This document shows, piece by piece, positions 37,678 through 52,600 of a DNA stretch of 64,000 nt (position 1 is its first letter; each line of letters starts with the position of its first letter). A model generated the notes under the pieces. That model worked only from the letters and a program-made list of their open reading frames with translations. It was not told the origin of the DNA and searched no databases. The DNA is from a virus: IMG/VR virus record IMGVR_UViG_3300017917_001839, positions 32,001 through 96,000 of that record; one strand, 5' to 3'. The position numbers were made by a program, and so were the translations under genes.

Positions 37678-40600
37678 TTAGATATTATGTACGAATTTCA
37701 TCAAGCTAGTTACGTTTGCAAAGTCAGCGTTGGCTCTATCAGTTAAACTGATAGCTGTTTGTCCGCTAATTGTTGCTTCGTCAAAGCCTGCTGAGTCCCA
37801 TCCAATAGTATCGTAAGGTGTTGGATCGTTGTAACGAACACCAATTTCTAGCCAGATATTAGCAGCTGGATTTAGATTATTAAATGTCTCTGTTTCAGCA
37901 CCGTTCCATACTTCTACGTCAACGCTATTACCTAGTAAATCAGTAATAATCCAATCCTGTGCAGTTGTTCCTGCGCTACCACGTGTGAGTAGGCTTAGTG
38001 TATTACCAACTTTTCTTTCGTAGAGAACACGCTCTGTTCCAACCCAAACAATGCCTGGTAAGCCTGGTTTTGGTTCTGGTAGTATGCTTGCATCTACTAC
38101 TGTAATTTCAGTTGAATAACTATAAACATTAGCTGCTAGTTTTGTTTGAGTGTTATCTAGTACACGCAAATATTCGGTTTCACCAAATAGATTTTGGTGC
38201 ACCTGATATGTTACATTACTTGCAGTGCTGTTAATTGGTGTTGATGCAATTACAGTATTGCTATTACCAATTGGATAGATGCTTGTGGTTACACGCATAA
38301 TCAAGCTCTCTAGCGGATCAAGCAATGCTAGTTCTTCTGGACGTTCTTCACCGTATAGGATCTTCTTAAATGTTGCACCGTCAAAGCCTTCATAGGTAGT
38401 ATCATTTCTACGTAGTGTAATGTTACCCTGTGTTGCTTCGCTGAAGATACCTTCATAGTTAACAACTTCAATATTTTGATCCCAACCAACTGTATCCCAT
38501 GGATCAGTGTCGTAACCAAAGTTAGTTAATAGATCTGTAGTTGAATCAAATCCTTCAACAAACTTAGTAAAGACATTTGCATCTAGTGTGTCGCCGCGGA
38601 AACCGCCGCCTACTTTTTCTTTAACCAGTGCAAGTGTAATATCTAAGTTACCACTGTTGATGATATCGTACATCAGTGTAGCATTTGTTGTAATTGAAGT
38701 ATTTGAACCAGCAAATGTTACACCAGTGTATGTCTGGCTCACGTGGTTATTAACTTCTGCTTCAAACGCTGCACGTACTACAGGATCAAACTTGAAGATA
38801 CGATCTGCTGCTCTTAGATAGCTGTTAGCGCCTACATCTGCATTGCTCATGCTGTTGATGTTAGCCATGTTCCATGCAATACTTTGATTGTAGGTAGTTG
38901 TATCAGCATTGAATCCAAACTGTGTCAATTGCCAGTTAGTTCTATCAAACACAAGTTTAGTATTATTGTGTCTAAATGGCAACTGAGCTTTGTTTGTTAT
39001 GCTATAGTAATTTGCATAACGTGGATCGTTTGCCATAATAGTTGCATCGTCGGCATCAAAGTCATCAAGTACTCTGATGGTATTTGTACTTCTGTCTGCA
39101 TATGCTGGCTTGTCAAAGTCGCTGATGCTGTTCTGACCAATGTATTCGATTGGCGCACGCTTACCATCTTTGTACTCACGAATCTTAGCAGTATATGGCT
39201 TAACTTCATTCATATACTCGATAACTTTACTAAAGTTATCTGGCTTGAAGCCAACAGTTGGAATCAAGTCTTCTTCTTCTTTTTCGATATAGATGTATGA
39301 AGTTTTGAACGCCCAGCTTAGTTGTCTTTGTTCAGCATATGCATACTTGAGCATTTCAAAGAATACTACGTTCCAGTACTCGTTGTTAGCAAATACTGTA
39401 TCAACTAGTGCTTGCAAGAACTTGCGCAATTCATCTGACATTTCTGCTGTCGTATCATCGCTGTACAATCTGTCAGATAGTCTTACTGTTTCGTTCTTGA
39501 TAGCAATTAGCTTGTATTCGTCGTTGGCTGCAACATACATCCAGAGTTGATGGCGTGAACCAGTAGGATCATTAACCTGTACCACTGTGCCGTCATTTAC
39601 GTTCTTGTAGATTTCAAGCTCGCTTACACTCGAAACATTAAACACTGGCTTGTAACTGCTATTGTATCTAATCTTAGTATTTGTTGATAGATCAATTCTT
39701 TCAACAGCATACCATGTTACACGCTCAACATAATTTAACGTTTCTGGAAGATCTGCATCCCAACCGCTATAATTTGATTCTAGCTGTATATCAGCTAAAA
39801 TTTCGTTGATAGCAGAGCGCAATACACGTCTTGCCTCCTTGATGTCTTTGAACATTGTCTGGCGTGGTCTAAACGCAATACCGTAACGTTCTACTTCGCT
39901 GAGTAGAGGATCTGGTACAACTTGACCAATTGCGTTTTCAGCACACAAGCTGTCAATTAGCTTGTCTGTTAAGTGTTCTGGAACAGTACTGTTGTTATCA
40001 CCTTCGCGCATCAACTTCCATGCAGTATGCTTCATACCTTCTGGGTTTAAGTTTCTGCTTAAGTTGATTTGAATAATATTTTCATCTTCGCGTAGATTTG
40101 TTGCAACGTTGCTTAGAACAAATGCGTTGCTGCTAACAAAGTTTATTAAGTTAATACCGTAACCCACAGGGTTAGCAATATAACGTGCAACTGTTAAAAC
40201 ATCTAGTTTTCTTCCAATATTTGTTAGACGATCGTCTAGCTTGCTGCGGTTTTGTACCCAATAGTAGAAATACTGTTCGTACTTCTGCTCAGCATCGTTC
40301 CAATGTCTTTCTGTAACGTATCTATCTACCCAACGTGGTGTACCGTCACCAGTCCAGTTTTGTGGTAGGACTTTACTTTCTACCCATTCGCAGACTGTGA
40401 CTGTACTACCTGGGAATGTACGACCCCAATTTAACCAACGCTCGCGATTTGAGCCTTGCTCATACCACATATAACGTAGTGTGCTGGTATCCCACCAAAC
40501 TTTACCAATGTTGTTACGGCCAAAGTTTGTGCGAGCATTGTTGTAACTTACAGGATCTTGCTCAGTAATGAAATGGATTTCATTGCGCATAAATCCTGGT

Positions 40601-43600
40601 AGTACACCCTTAAATGGGTCCCAGAAATGTAAGTCAAATTCCTTATCGCCGTTTTCACGATCGTATACAAGAGAATTCTTAACGTATTCAACATCTACCA
40701 TTGGCTCTTGTACACGTACCGGTGTTACATTAGCATTATCAAAGAATGCCCAACCATTACCACCGTAATTGTCTACCCATGCCTTAGGGAAATCAGTTAA
40801 GTCAAGTGCGCCTGTAACAGGATTTAACAACTGTGTTTCGTTAGCAAAACGTTGACTTTGGAATACATATGTGTTATTGTACTGCTTAGATCCGTTTAGA
40901 GTTACTCGTCCTCCAAATATTGTTTGTAGGTCGTATCTATAAACTTCTCCAGTAAACAACAGGTTACCAATGTCGCCTGTGCCTGATTCGCTAAAGCGAC
41001 CATCGTTTGGAATTAAATCTGCTGTATTATTTTCTAATGCACCAGTTAGATCCACAAACTTGTTATTAGCTGAAGTATCTTCAGTTACATCGCCAGGGAT
41101 ACCATTTTCTGGATCAGCTAAATCATCGGTAATATAAGTTTTGATATCTTCTGATGGTGGTTTTCCGCCATTAACATTTGTACCAGGTACAACTTTATCG
41201 GGTGTACCTGGCCAGCCCCATTCTTCGATGGTGTTAACGCAAAGTAGACTTAGAACCTGTGGTGCTTCAATTGCACCTTGGCTTCCTACTAGTTCTGCCT
41301 GTTGTTCAAGTGTTAGAGCACCAAATGCACCTGTGTTATATAGATTATTAATAGTAGAATCTATTTCAGCTTCAGTTGGGTTTGGTGTGCTTATTGTTGC
41401 TTGAATACATAACATACCAGTGTTATAGTCACCAACAGGAATACCTAGCTTGTCTAGGAAGCCTGGGTTATTGGTATCAATGTTAACACCTGGGTATTTT
41501 GGAGATACTAAGTTTAGACGTCCAACGCCTGGCCCAATTGGGTCTACTTCAAATCTAATATCGTCAGGGCTGTAACCTGCACCTGTTAGCGCATTGTTCA
41601 ACATTGTTGCTAGCGCATCAGGTACGTTAACATCAGATACTAGTTCTGGCAGACCTAGGTCTTCACGTGCAGAGCTCTTTTCTGAGCAGTCTGGAACATC
41701 TTGTGATGTAATGAATACCCTTGCACCTGTACCACCACCAAGCTCTAATGGGTTAACATAGTTGCCGTAGTCAGGGCTTAATGGGTTAAGGTCAATAGCA
41801 TATTGCTTGCTTAACTTCTGTCCGCCAATTTCTACATATGTTAGAGGATCATACCCGCCGGGTGTGCCTTGATATTCCACAAATGTTCTTGTCTTGGAAT
41901 CAAAACGTACTTCGCGGAATCCTACCCAGTCAGGGTGTTTTGTACCGCCAAATGGTGCACCAGCATATACAGGATGCCCTGGACCATATTGTGCATTGTC
42001 GCGTATTGGGTCAGCATAACCTAGAATGTTATCTGGTAGAGGACTGTTACCCAAGTACTCAAAGTCGTACTCTAGTGGTATACCCATTGTTAAGTCTGCT
42101 GGGAAGATCTTGTATAGACCGCGGTCAATAATCTTCAGGCTTGTAATAGCACCTTCGCCATCAACACCTGTAACAACAAACTTAGCTACACGTACTGGTC
42201 CTGCTGCACTAGTAAATCCTTCAACGAATGCATTAGCAACCGCTGTGCTAGGATCGCCAGTTTTAACAAAGTCAGGTGATAGTGCTACCTTAGCAGATAG
42301 TACTGCATCTACCTTACCAATACGTGGATCAATAACTTCTGTCATACCGCGCGAGCTAAATGGCTCCACAACAGATACTTCAACGTTGGTCAGTGCTGCG
42401 ATATTTGCTGAGAACGAAGCATTTGCATTACCAAAGAACGCATCTTTAATCTTTATTTGATTAGTTGATGTATTAATTGAAGTAATTAAGAATACTTTGT
42501 CGTTTAACAAGTTAGCTGTAGCATTTGTTTCATCGCAAAGTATAGTTACATAACCTGGTTGCTGTGCTAGTGCAATAATGCTTGGGTCAGTTGTAATGGT
42601 AACTTCGTCATTGCGTGCTGATACATTACCTGTAGTAATTACAGGGCTTAGTGTTAAGCTCGCGCTGTCAGTGTAAACATTACCAAATGTTACGCTATTA
42701 GCTGTAACTCTAAAGAACTTCTCATCAAGTTCAATTCTACCACCCGGTAGTTCGCGAGAAATCTGTGCTAGAACTACAGTATTTCTGCTGTATGTGCCAG
42801 ATGGATTAGCTGCATCAAGTGTAATGTATGACTGACTGGATTGACCGCCAACATCAACTACACTAATTGGTGGCGGCTCAGCGATGTCATAACCAATACC
42901 ATAGTTGAGCATTTGAATTTCAGCAATGCCACCATTTGCATTTAGCTGTGTTACGATAGCACTAGCACCAATACCCGGGCTGTTACCGTCACCAATAATA
43001 ATCTTTAAGTTAGCTGCATTTGTATAACCAACACCTGGCTCGTCAATACAAATTGTTGTTAACGGACCAATAGTACTGTTAACAGGAGTACCGCCAACTA
43101 GTCTTAGACGATCGCCAATTCTATAACCTTTACCACCAGTTGCATAAACTGATGTTGTGGTGTTGCTGATGTTCTGCGATGGAATAAATGCACCATCTGT
43201 TGATGATGTACCAACTGTAACATCATTGTTTAAGTTAATCAATTCACCATCATCATTCTTGTAATAACGAGAATATGTTTTAGGTTGATAAACTTGATCT
43301 TCTGAATTGTATGAGCTTGTAGAAATTAGAGAAACGTCAGTATTGCTGATAGTTTGCGATGTATTTCTCTGTTGCTCAAAACCTCTAACAATATGGAAGT
43401 CAGCAACTTGCTTGTAGCGGCCTCCGGCACAACCGTTCTTGACAGCAAAGCCTGCATCAGTACATGAGTTAATCTTTAACTGATTTGTTGAAGTATCAAT
43501 TAATGCTTTAACGCCCATATTAGCACAGTTAATCTGTGCAGCAATATCTTTGATTGACTTACCAGGTCTAAAGATAATCTTTCTGTCGTTAATGTACATT

Positions 43601-46600
43601 TCTGAATTATCTTGAACGCCTAGCAAATCTTCGTCGCTGATTGTTGCGCTTGGTGTAGGTCTTGCAATTGGTGCAACCGCAGGTTGACCTGCTCTTACGT
43701 AAGCACCAGTATCATCTAATCCAAGTGGTGTAATATTGATTGTTGGTACTACAGAGAATTCAATCTCGTCAGTGTCAACTGGTAGATACTCCCATGGAAC
43801 AGGAACGCTTGGACCTAAGTTGTCATAATTGACTGGCGGATTTCCGCCGCCGCCACCTCCGGTGCCGCCACCGGAACCTGGTGGTACACCAACGCCAGGA
43901 ACAAAGTCAACACCGTCACCTAAATCAGGTGTTAGTGTAACTGTGTCCATACCGCGCTGGCCCGGGATAACTCCACCAATTTGTTCATTGCTGTATGAGT
44001 TGCCGCCAATACGATCAATTACGCTTCTTGTACCTGTTACGTCAAAACCTGTTCGTCCTGCAATTGGTCCAGTTTGTACTACGTTACGAATTGCAGTTGA
44101 ACCATCTGGCAAGTAATAAGTTGACGAAATCTTAGTTGGCTGATACACCACACCGCGCATAGTCTTGTCGAGGCTTGCTGCAACACTACGGAACCATGGC
44201 TCGTTTTGAATATTAACACTGTTTAATGGGCGCGGTGCTCTAGAAACTACTTCTAGTTTCTTAGCTAATGGGATCACAAATCCGCCTGTTACACGCTGGC
44301 TTGTTGCATTAACATATCTATCTTTGCGTAAAGGAATTTCAAAACCATAACGCTGTGGACCAACAACCTTGGCATTTGAATTAATTGCCTTGAATGTCGT
44401 TGGCATAAAGTTATAGCCAGTTAGTGATGGGCTTGAATATCCGCTGAAGTTTTTCTTTGTACCAAAAATGGCTTCCCAAATATTCTTAAGGCCGCCGCCA
44501 ATTGCACTAGCTACATCGCCAACAAGATCAAATGCATCACCCGCAAGGCCGCCAACAAAGTCAGCCGCACCACCAATTGTTCTACCAACGTCACTAATGA
44601 ACCCGCCGCCGGTACCGCCTGTTAGTAGGCCTTGTGTTTCAGCTGACAATCTTGTAATTAATGCACCTTCACCTGTGCCAGTAAAGCCGGAAGTTTGTAC
44701 TCCTGCTAATGTAGCTGATGAGTCTAGCATAGATGGTGTTACCAGAGACGATCTATCTGTTAAAATACTTGTACCTGTAACGCCAGATAAAGTATCGCCG
44801 GTAATACCAAAGCTGGTTGTATAACCACCAGTTGAAATTGGGTTATAAATTGGACTGTCAAATGTTAGAGGAACAGTAACTTGTCTGTCACCTCCGCCAC
44901 CACCACCGCCTGGTGTAGTTACTGGAGTAGTGCCAGTATCTGTACCACCTGTAGTACCACCTGTTGTAGTTCCTGTGGTTGTAGTTCCTGTGCTACCAGT
45001 TGAGGTAGAAGGATCTTGATAACCTGGATCCCCTGGGCACAGTCTACCGGTAAATTCAACTGGCGCAAATGTACTTGTACCTGGTGGCTGTACTTCTAGA
45101 GTAAACGAACCGCCCTTCTTGTTATTACCAAAGACACCACGTAAGAAGTAGTACTTACCGGCTTCCAGTGACACTGTGCCTGTTGAGGATGCAGGTGGAT
45201 GTAAACCACCGTTTGCTACAGTAGCATTGGTCCAGTTATAATTTCTTTTATCATCTGGTCTATGACCATCTTGCTTGTACTTCTCTTCAAGTGGCTTTGT
45301 ATCGTCAATGTCTGATACCCAAATCCAAGACGCATCGTCTGATGTAGTCTTGAATGTATGTGTACCAGTTGCAGATGCTTTGTAGTAGCCCTTAATTTCG
45401 TAAGTGCAATACTCTTCCATTGAAGCAATTGCAACAGTAGTAGCCTGTGTTGATTCTTGTAAACCGCCGTTGGCATTAGCACTGTTTGGGTCAGCAGTTT
45501 TAGCACTGTAGCCTGACTGATTCTTATATGTTGGGTGAGCCTGATATGGATAGTAAATGTTGTCGCCTTGGTTACGTAGTGGGCCTTTTGCACCATTACC
45601 AAAATAACCATCATCTTTACCGGGCGATTTCTTACCAAACAATCCACCAAAGCTCAATCCCAAGAACTTGTTATTCTTAGTCTTAGCATCACTGAATACA
45701 TACTTGTCAATGATTGCGCCATCTTTAAATCTACGTGAACCTCTAGTTGCGTTTTCGCAACCAGGTGGTGGAGGTGGCTCAACCACACGCTCATAGCGTT
45801 TTGTAAAGTACATAGCAAGTCTATAAGTACCAACAGTGTTACCTACACCTTTGTGTACAGTTACTCTTACAAATTCGCCCTTGCGGCAATCAATTCTACG
45901 AGAGATAAAGCCATAACCCTTTACACCAACTGGGTTGCCAGCTGGGCCAACTGCTAATGCTGCTATTTCTGCATTATATGTTACAGGATTTGCGTATACT
46001 TGTTCAGTGTCGACAAACCATGCTTCGTTGACCATAGGAACAAACGAACGACCAAAACCAGGTACAATGTCAATGCCATATACACCAATTTGTTCGCCGT
46101 CGTCTACGTTTTTATTAGTACCAGTTGAGCTGGTATCAATTACAACTTGTACACCTTTAGTAAATGCCTCATCTTCGGCTTGCTCAATAGTAATACCGTT
46201 TGCAAGTGTACCAGCAGAGCTAAAGTCAAAGAATACCATAAACGGATTGTTACCAACAATCTTATACACAAATGTTTCGTTTACTTGTGCGCCTTGTGTT
46301 GAACGGGCATCTTTATTTTTTTCCGTTTCTAAGCCTAGTACTTCTTCAGAGTCGCGCAAGAAGCAAGGTATGTTTGATGTATCAACATTCACTTCGGGAA
46401 TTGGAATATTTGATTGATCAATGTCACACTGGGTTGGTAGACCAGCAAGTGCGCCGCCATGAATAATTGGAGCAGGAGGTGTATTGTCTGCGCCTCCCAC
46501 TGCTGGGACATCTTCTACAGAAGGAATGCTTTGTGGATCAAACCCTCTGCCAAATCCGGTACCTAGACCAGGAGGTGTTCCTGCACCGGCAGGTGTAGTG

Positions 46601-49600
46601 GTTGATGTACCACCTGTTGCATCATTTTCATCATCATCGCCAGTTGAACCACCTACTGCTGGTGTAGTTGGATCAAATGCATTCCAAGGATTCTCTGCAT
46701 CACCAAATTGTGGATTAAATTCTGGATCAGTTGGTAGTAATGTTGTATCAGTAATACCATTTTTCCAGCCTTTGCCGCCCCAGCCAGTATCAGGAATTGG
46801 ACGACGCAATACTGCATCAAATGGAAGTTCTGTTAAGCGAATATACTTAACTCGTGTTACAGTACCTTCATAATCTCTATAGATTGGTGTTGGGTTACCA
46901 TTGCTGTCGACATTCTTATAGTCGTATCCAACTAGCTGATTCACGTAAGTGTGTGGCTCTGTCCAGAAGCAAGCTATAAAGATTTCTTCTGGTCTTAAAC
47001 CTGTAATTGCTGCATTACTATAGTCTGAAGGAGGAACAATACTGTCAACAAAATTATCTTCACGTGTGTTAATAACTGGCGATACTGTAAAGTCATTGCT
47101 ATATTTGAAACGCTGCTGTCTGGTTGTCCAACCGTTAACAGACTTACCAGGATAGGCGCCAGCAGTTGTAACCGGGCTGCGTTCTGAATCTGGACGGTGT
47201 CCGTCATTTTCTGTATAGTATCCGCGGCCGAAGCCCCAATATGTTGGTGCATCATATGCACCAATCAATGAACCCGGACCTTTAGGATCAGGTACCCACT
47301 GACCAGGTGTTAAACCAGGAGTCCACATTAGGAATGTATTCATGCCGTTGCCATTGACAGCAATACGAGTTTCGTCGTTTACTGTTGATGCACCAATCAT
47401 CATTGGCTGTGGTAGATTTGCAAAGTTAAGTTCTGCATCGCTTCCATTGCCATTTTCTCTTGCAAATGGTTCTGGGATTAGCTGCTTACCAACATACCAT
47501 GCTGGTTCCACTGGCGGGATATTAATTGTATACTTGTTTGGGTTAGCCGATACTGTATCAACTTGATTTGGATTGTATGGTCTAATATTTGCAATATAGT
47601 ATAGATTTTCTAATGGCAAGCCATCAAAATCATTGTACGCATTTACTGTACCAAAGAAGTTATGTGCAACGGCCGGTGGATACACTCTGTCTACTAGAAT
47701 GTAGTAAACTTTACCTGCTGAGTTTTGAACTAGTTCGTATACTTCGTAGATAAATTCACCGCTGGTCTTTAATCTCCAGCGAGGACCAGTATAAGTACCA
47801 GATCCGGGCACACCACTAAATGTTCTAGTGTAATCAGTGCCATCTGGATTCTTCATTACGTATCCGCGCCACTTAACACCCATGGTAGTCGATACTGCTG
47901 GGTCTGCTTCAGCTGATCCTGGAATAATTCTTAACTTAGGCTTATTAGGATCGTGCCCTTGTGGCAGTACAGGTATTGATGTTTCAAGTGCTTCATTATC
48001 TTCGCCGTCAGGATTTACACCTGTATCAGAATCTGTTCCGTCACTTGTAGCAGTATTACCTGGTCCTGTTGCATCCAATGACGCATCACCCTCGGTAGTG
48101 TATACATTATATTTTGTGTAGTCTTCGATTAACGGATTCCATACATACAACTGACCGTCGCGCTCGTAAGTAAAGCCGTATGTTGGGCCTTTTGGAATAG
48201 GACCTTTGTTAAAGCCTTTGTCAACAACCTTTTCAATGTTAGTTGAAAGAGGAATCTTGCCTACGATTTTTACATTGTCACCAATTGCAGTATTAATAAC
48301 CTGCTGATCGCGAACATATGGACCATAGTTGTTAATTGCACCAGCTGGGATTTTAACAGAACTTGTGTCGCTTACTGATACAGGTGTTTGAGGATCTTTC
48401 AAGAAGTTGAAGCCCATCTTAAACACACGTTGATCGCCGTCAGCAACAATAGCAGATCTGCGTAGATTGATTGCACGGTTAATCGATGTTGCTAGACCGC
48501 CTAAGTTATTAAAGCTATCAATCTGGATTTCTGAGTTGTTTAGCTTAACCTTATTATGATCAATTGTAGTTAGGATAGGGTAGCGACCGTTGAATACATT
48601 CTCAGGCTCACGTGCAATAATAAATCCTGTGGAGACGTTAGCATCTTCGTTTAGGATATCATTATTAAACACAACGTTACCATCAGCTTCAACAGTGTAC
48701 ATGTTCTTAGCTACTAGGAATGAGTTTGACAAATACATTACTGTAACGTCGTTTAAGTTCATTCCTGCATCAACTGTAACTACGTTGGCGTCTGCATTTG
48801 CGTATGCAATCTTTTCGTCGTAGTAATAATATGTTGTATCATCCACTGGGTAGCGACCAAGAATATTAATTGTATTTGGTGTAATGCTATCAATGAAATA
48901 TGTTTGGTTGTATTGCTTTGGATCAGCAAAGTGAACAGCAATACGCTTTTTCTTTCTAGCGTAGATTGGCTGAATACCGTGGTTTGAAATTGTAGTAATT
49001 TGAATACCACGAGTAATAATGTTACCGCTGAAGTTTTCTGTTTCAAAAAATGGTGCAGCAATAACTACACTGTTTGCTGTTGGAACAGATCTTACGTTGT
49101 ATGCACCACTAAATGCTGTAGATGCTACTCTGATCACATCGCCTGTTTGTAGACCGTGTGCATCAGCAGTAAACAACTTAGACAATGTCATGTGATATAC
49201 ATCAACTGTTCTTGCTGTAGTACCGGGACGCTCAACAGTAAACGATATAGGTGTTACATTTGATACAGTGAAGTATGTGTTAGAGTCACCAAAGTCTTCA
49301 AAAGCTGTAACGCTGTATTCAACGTTGCTCAATGCTGCCACTACGTTAGCATTTGCAAAGTAATCGCTGCGAACAACAAAGCTGTTGCCTACTACGTTAA
49401 CACTTTCTACATAATATTGCTTGTTGTTTGCTGTAGGGTTTCCTGTAAAAGTTAGTGTAACGTGACCGCTAGCAGTTACATAAGCTACGTTTGATGAACC
49501 AACTGTTACATTGCCTGCGCCATTATATGTCAGGTTTGCAGAATATGTATAAGTGTTACCAACAGCATCATTAAAGGATACTGCATCGCCTTCTGCAAGT

Positions 49601-52600
49601 GTTGGGATTGAAATACCACTAACAGTAACAATATTATTTGCATCAGCTGCACTTATTGTTGCATTCTTGTATGAGTATGTTGATACAGGTTTGATATCTG
49701 TGATAGCAATACGTGCTGTTGGGTGAGGCCCAATACTCTTAATACGAGCTTCAATCATGCGTGGTGCTTCAACATCTAGGATGTTTAGCTCGTTCTGCTT
49801 GATGATTGTTTCGTTAGTCCATACTACTACATTATCACTAACATTAGCGTTCTTAAGTGTTAAGAAGAAATCTAAATATCTAGTAGTATCATTTTCGCCA
49901 ATTTGATTGGAATCAATGTAGTTGAACAGGCTTTCTGTTGTATACAGTTTAGCATCACCTGCATAGTCAGCTAGGTATGTTAATCCACCAGCTGGTTGCA
50001 ACTTATATACGTTCCAGTCGTTGTCTTCGGATACAGCAACGTGAATGTAGCTATTACCAGATGGCTTAATGATAATGTTATCTTCAAATAAGTCCGGTAG
50101 ACTTGCAACATCATATGACATGAAGTTGACGTTTGCTGGGTTTACGTAACCAGCGTTAGGAATACTTGGATACTTGCTGTCAATTATACCAGAGTAATCT
50201 ACGTCCGATGTTGTTGGCCATAGATTATGTTCTCTGACACCTAGTGGTTTCTTTAGGAAACGTTCTGTGTCATCGATGTCAATAAGAATAACATCGTCAT
50301 CCTTTGCATCAGGTGTAATTTCGTATATTCTCTTAGTGCCAAGTTTAATAGCAATTGAGTCAGTAGTAAATACTACAATTTCTAAAGATGCGCCAGGTAC
50401 ATCGCCTTGATATGCATCAGTGAAGTCGACGGTTGCTTTTTCAACAATCTTAATAACTGACTGTGCAGGTAAGATATACTTGGTTCTTGGTGGTGACTGA
50501 GTATAATCAAACGCTGGTGTTAACACAGTCTTTGGCAATAGCGAAATGTTTGTGAAAGTAATTGATGAAGATGTTAAGCTGAATAATACCTGGCTTGGTT
50601 CATTATTAATTTTAACACCGTTAACAAACACATCAACAAACGGATACTGGCCGTCAGTTAAAACAATGTTTTCTGCGGCAATAGTTGTGCTATCATTTTC
50701 TGTGCCAGTATTTAAATTCAGTGTAAGTGATTGATTTTCGTCAGCTACTGAAACTGTATTGATGCTCCAGCGATCGCCAGCATCGTATACCCAGTTAGTA
50801 CCAGCAACAAAGTTTTTATCAACAGATACAAGAATGTTTTCTGATGTAATATTTGTAGCTGTTTCAATTGCATAACGTTGGCGTGGTTGATATCTACCAC
50901 TGGTTAGATATAGTCCAGCATCTGCATTAACAATGCTGAAATCATTGCCAGACAATCCTAGTGTATAGCCAATATCAATGTCAGCATTACCGCTGATATC
51001 TGTATCTGTTCTATAAACAGATGCAACAATATTTCCGCCTAAACCGGCAGCACTATTAATAGTGCTTACTAACTCGTCTGCTGAAGTAACAGAACTTAAG
51101 TCAACTACTACGTTTGCGTTACCAAAATGATCAGTAATCTCAATGGATGTTAAACCTGTTGTATCAACCCAGCTATTGCTGCTTAATGCTGTTACAGTGT
51201 TGAACTTAGTTGCTACAGTATCAGCAAGTACATAACCTGCAATAACTTTTAGACCTACAATTGGTTGATCTGGGTTAGTGCCGTAGCCATAGCCTTGGTT
51301 AGTAACTGTAATTGAACCAAGCTCGCCATCACTGTTTAGTGTGGCTTCTGCGGTTGCTTGAATGCCACCAGTGCTTGTTGGAGGAGAAATTACAATTTGA
51401 GGTACACTGTAATACTTGTGCTTACGCTCAAGTACTTCAATCTTCTCGACAATATTTGTTGTATCTTCTGGGAAAGCTAACGTAATCAACTGAGGATCGT
51501 TTAGGAACTCACTCTTTTCAAGTTTAAGTTCAATGCTTTGATCGTTTTCGGTATCACCAAAGTCGCCAACACGCAATGCCCATTCGTCATAGACAGTTAC
51601 GTTGCCTTGCACAATTGCATTACTGCGAGCAATTCTACCTAAGCTGGTTGTTGTACCTTTGCTTTGTAGCATGCCTAAGTAGAAATCAACTTGCTGGTCG
51701 TCTGTGATGTCTAGCTCTCTGAGATATTCTTTATCCTGATAGCCAAACTGCGCACGAGCAACTTGATAGATCTGCTTATCAACCGGAACGAATCCTAATT
51801 CATTATATCTGCTAATAGTACCAGCTAGATTATCTAAGTTAGGCTTTAGTTCATCGCCAGAGATAACAAAGCCTTCTGTAATGTAACGACCATCCCAGTT
51901 TGCTGTTCTCTTGGCTTTTAGCTTAAAGCGGCTGTGCTTTTGATTTATTGTTGGATCATAAATGACATCATTGAACACTGTGAGGTTATCAATGGTCATT
52001 GCATGTTCAATTTCTTGTGTATAGATCAATGCACTATAAATCTGACGGCCAGCTGGTGGCGCAATTTCAATGCGATTGTCTTCGCGTACAATTTCACATT
52101 CAGTTGGCGAAATTACAGCGCCTTCTGCATCCATTAATACAAACTGATCGCGGTCAACTCTGTTCAGCTTTGAAATAAATCCTAAGTCTGTAGAGAATGT
52201 AACATTAGTTGCCATTGGGCTTAATTCTAATGTGTTACCAATTTCCCAGTTACCTGTTACCCAGAACAGGAATTGTTTTGCAGCATATGCCCAGTCACGT
52301 ACAGCATTGATACTGCTATCATATTCGCCAAAACTAAAGCCAACTGATTTTTGGTATCTTCCCAAACTAATCAGGAAGTCAAACAGTTCATCAGTAGTTG
52401 TGAACTTTGTTTCGTAATCAACACGAACTAGTTCACCGGTTGTTTCTTGATACAGTACGCCGGTAGCAGCACCAACCTGTGGTAGTGCCGATAGTCTTGT
52501 CCATTTACTTTTATCAAAAGTAGCTGACCCTGCAATGTCTGTGGGCGCACGATAATAACTATTTTGATATCTTACAATTGAGAATTGCTTGTAAGAAATA

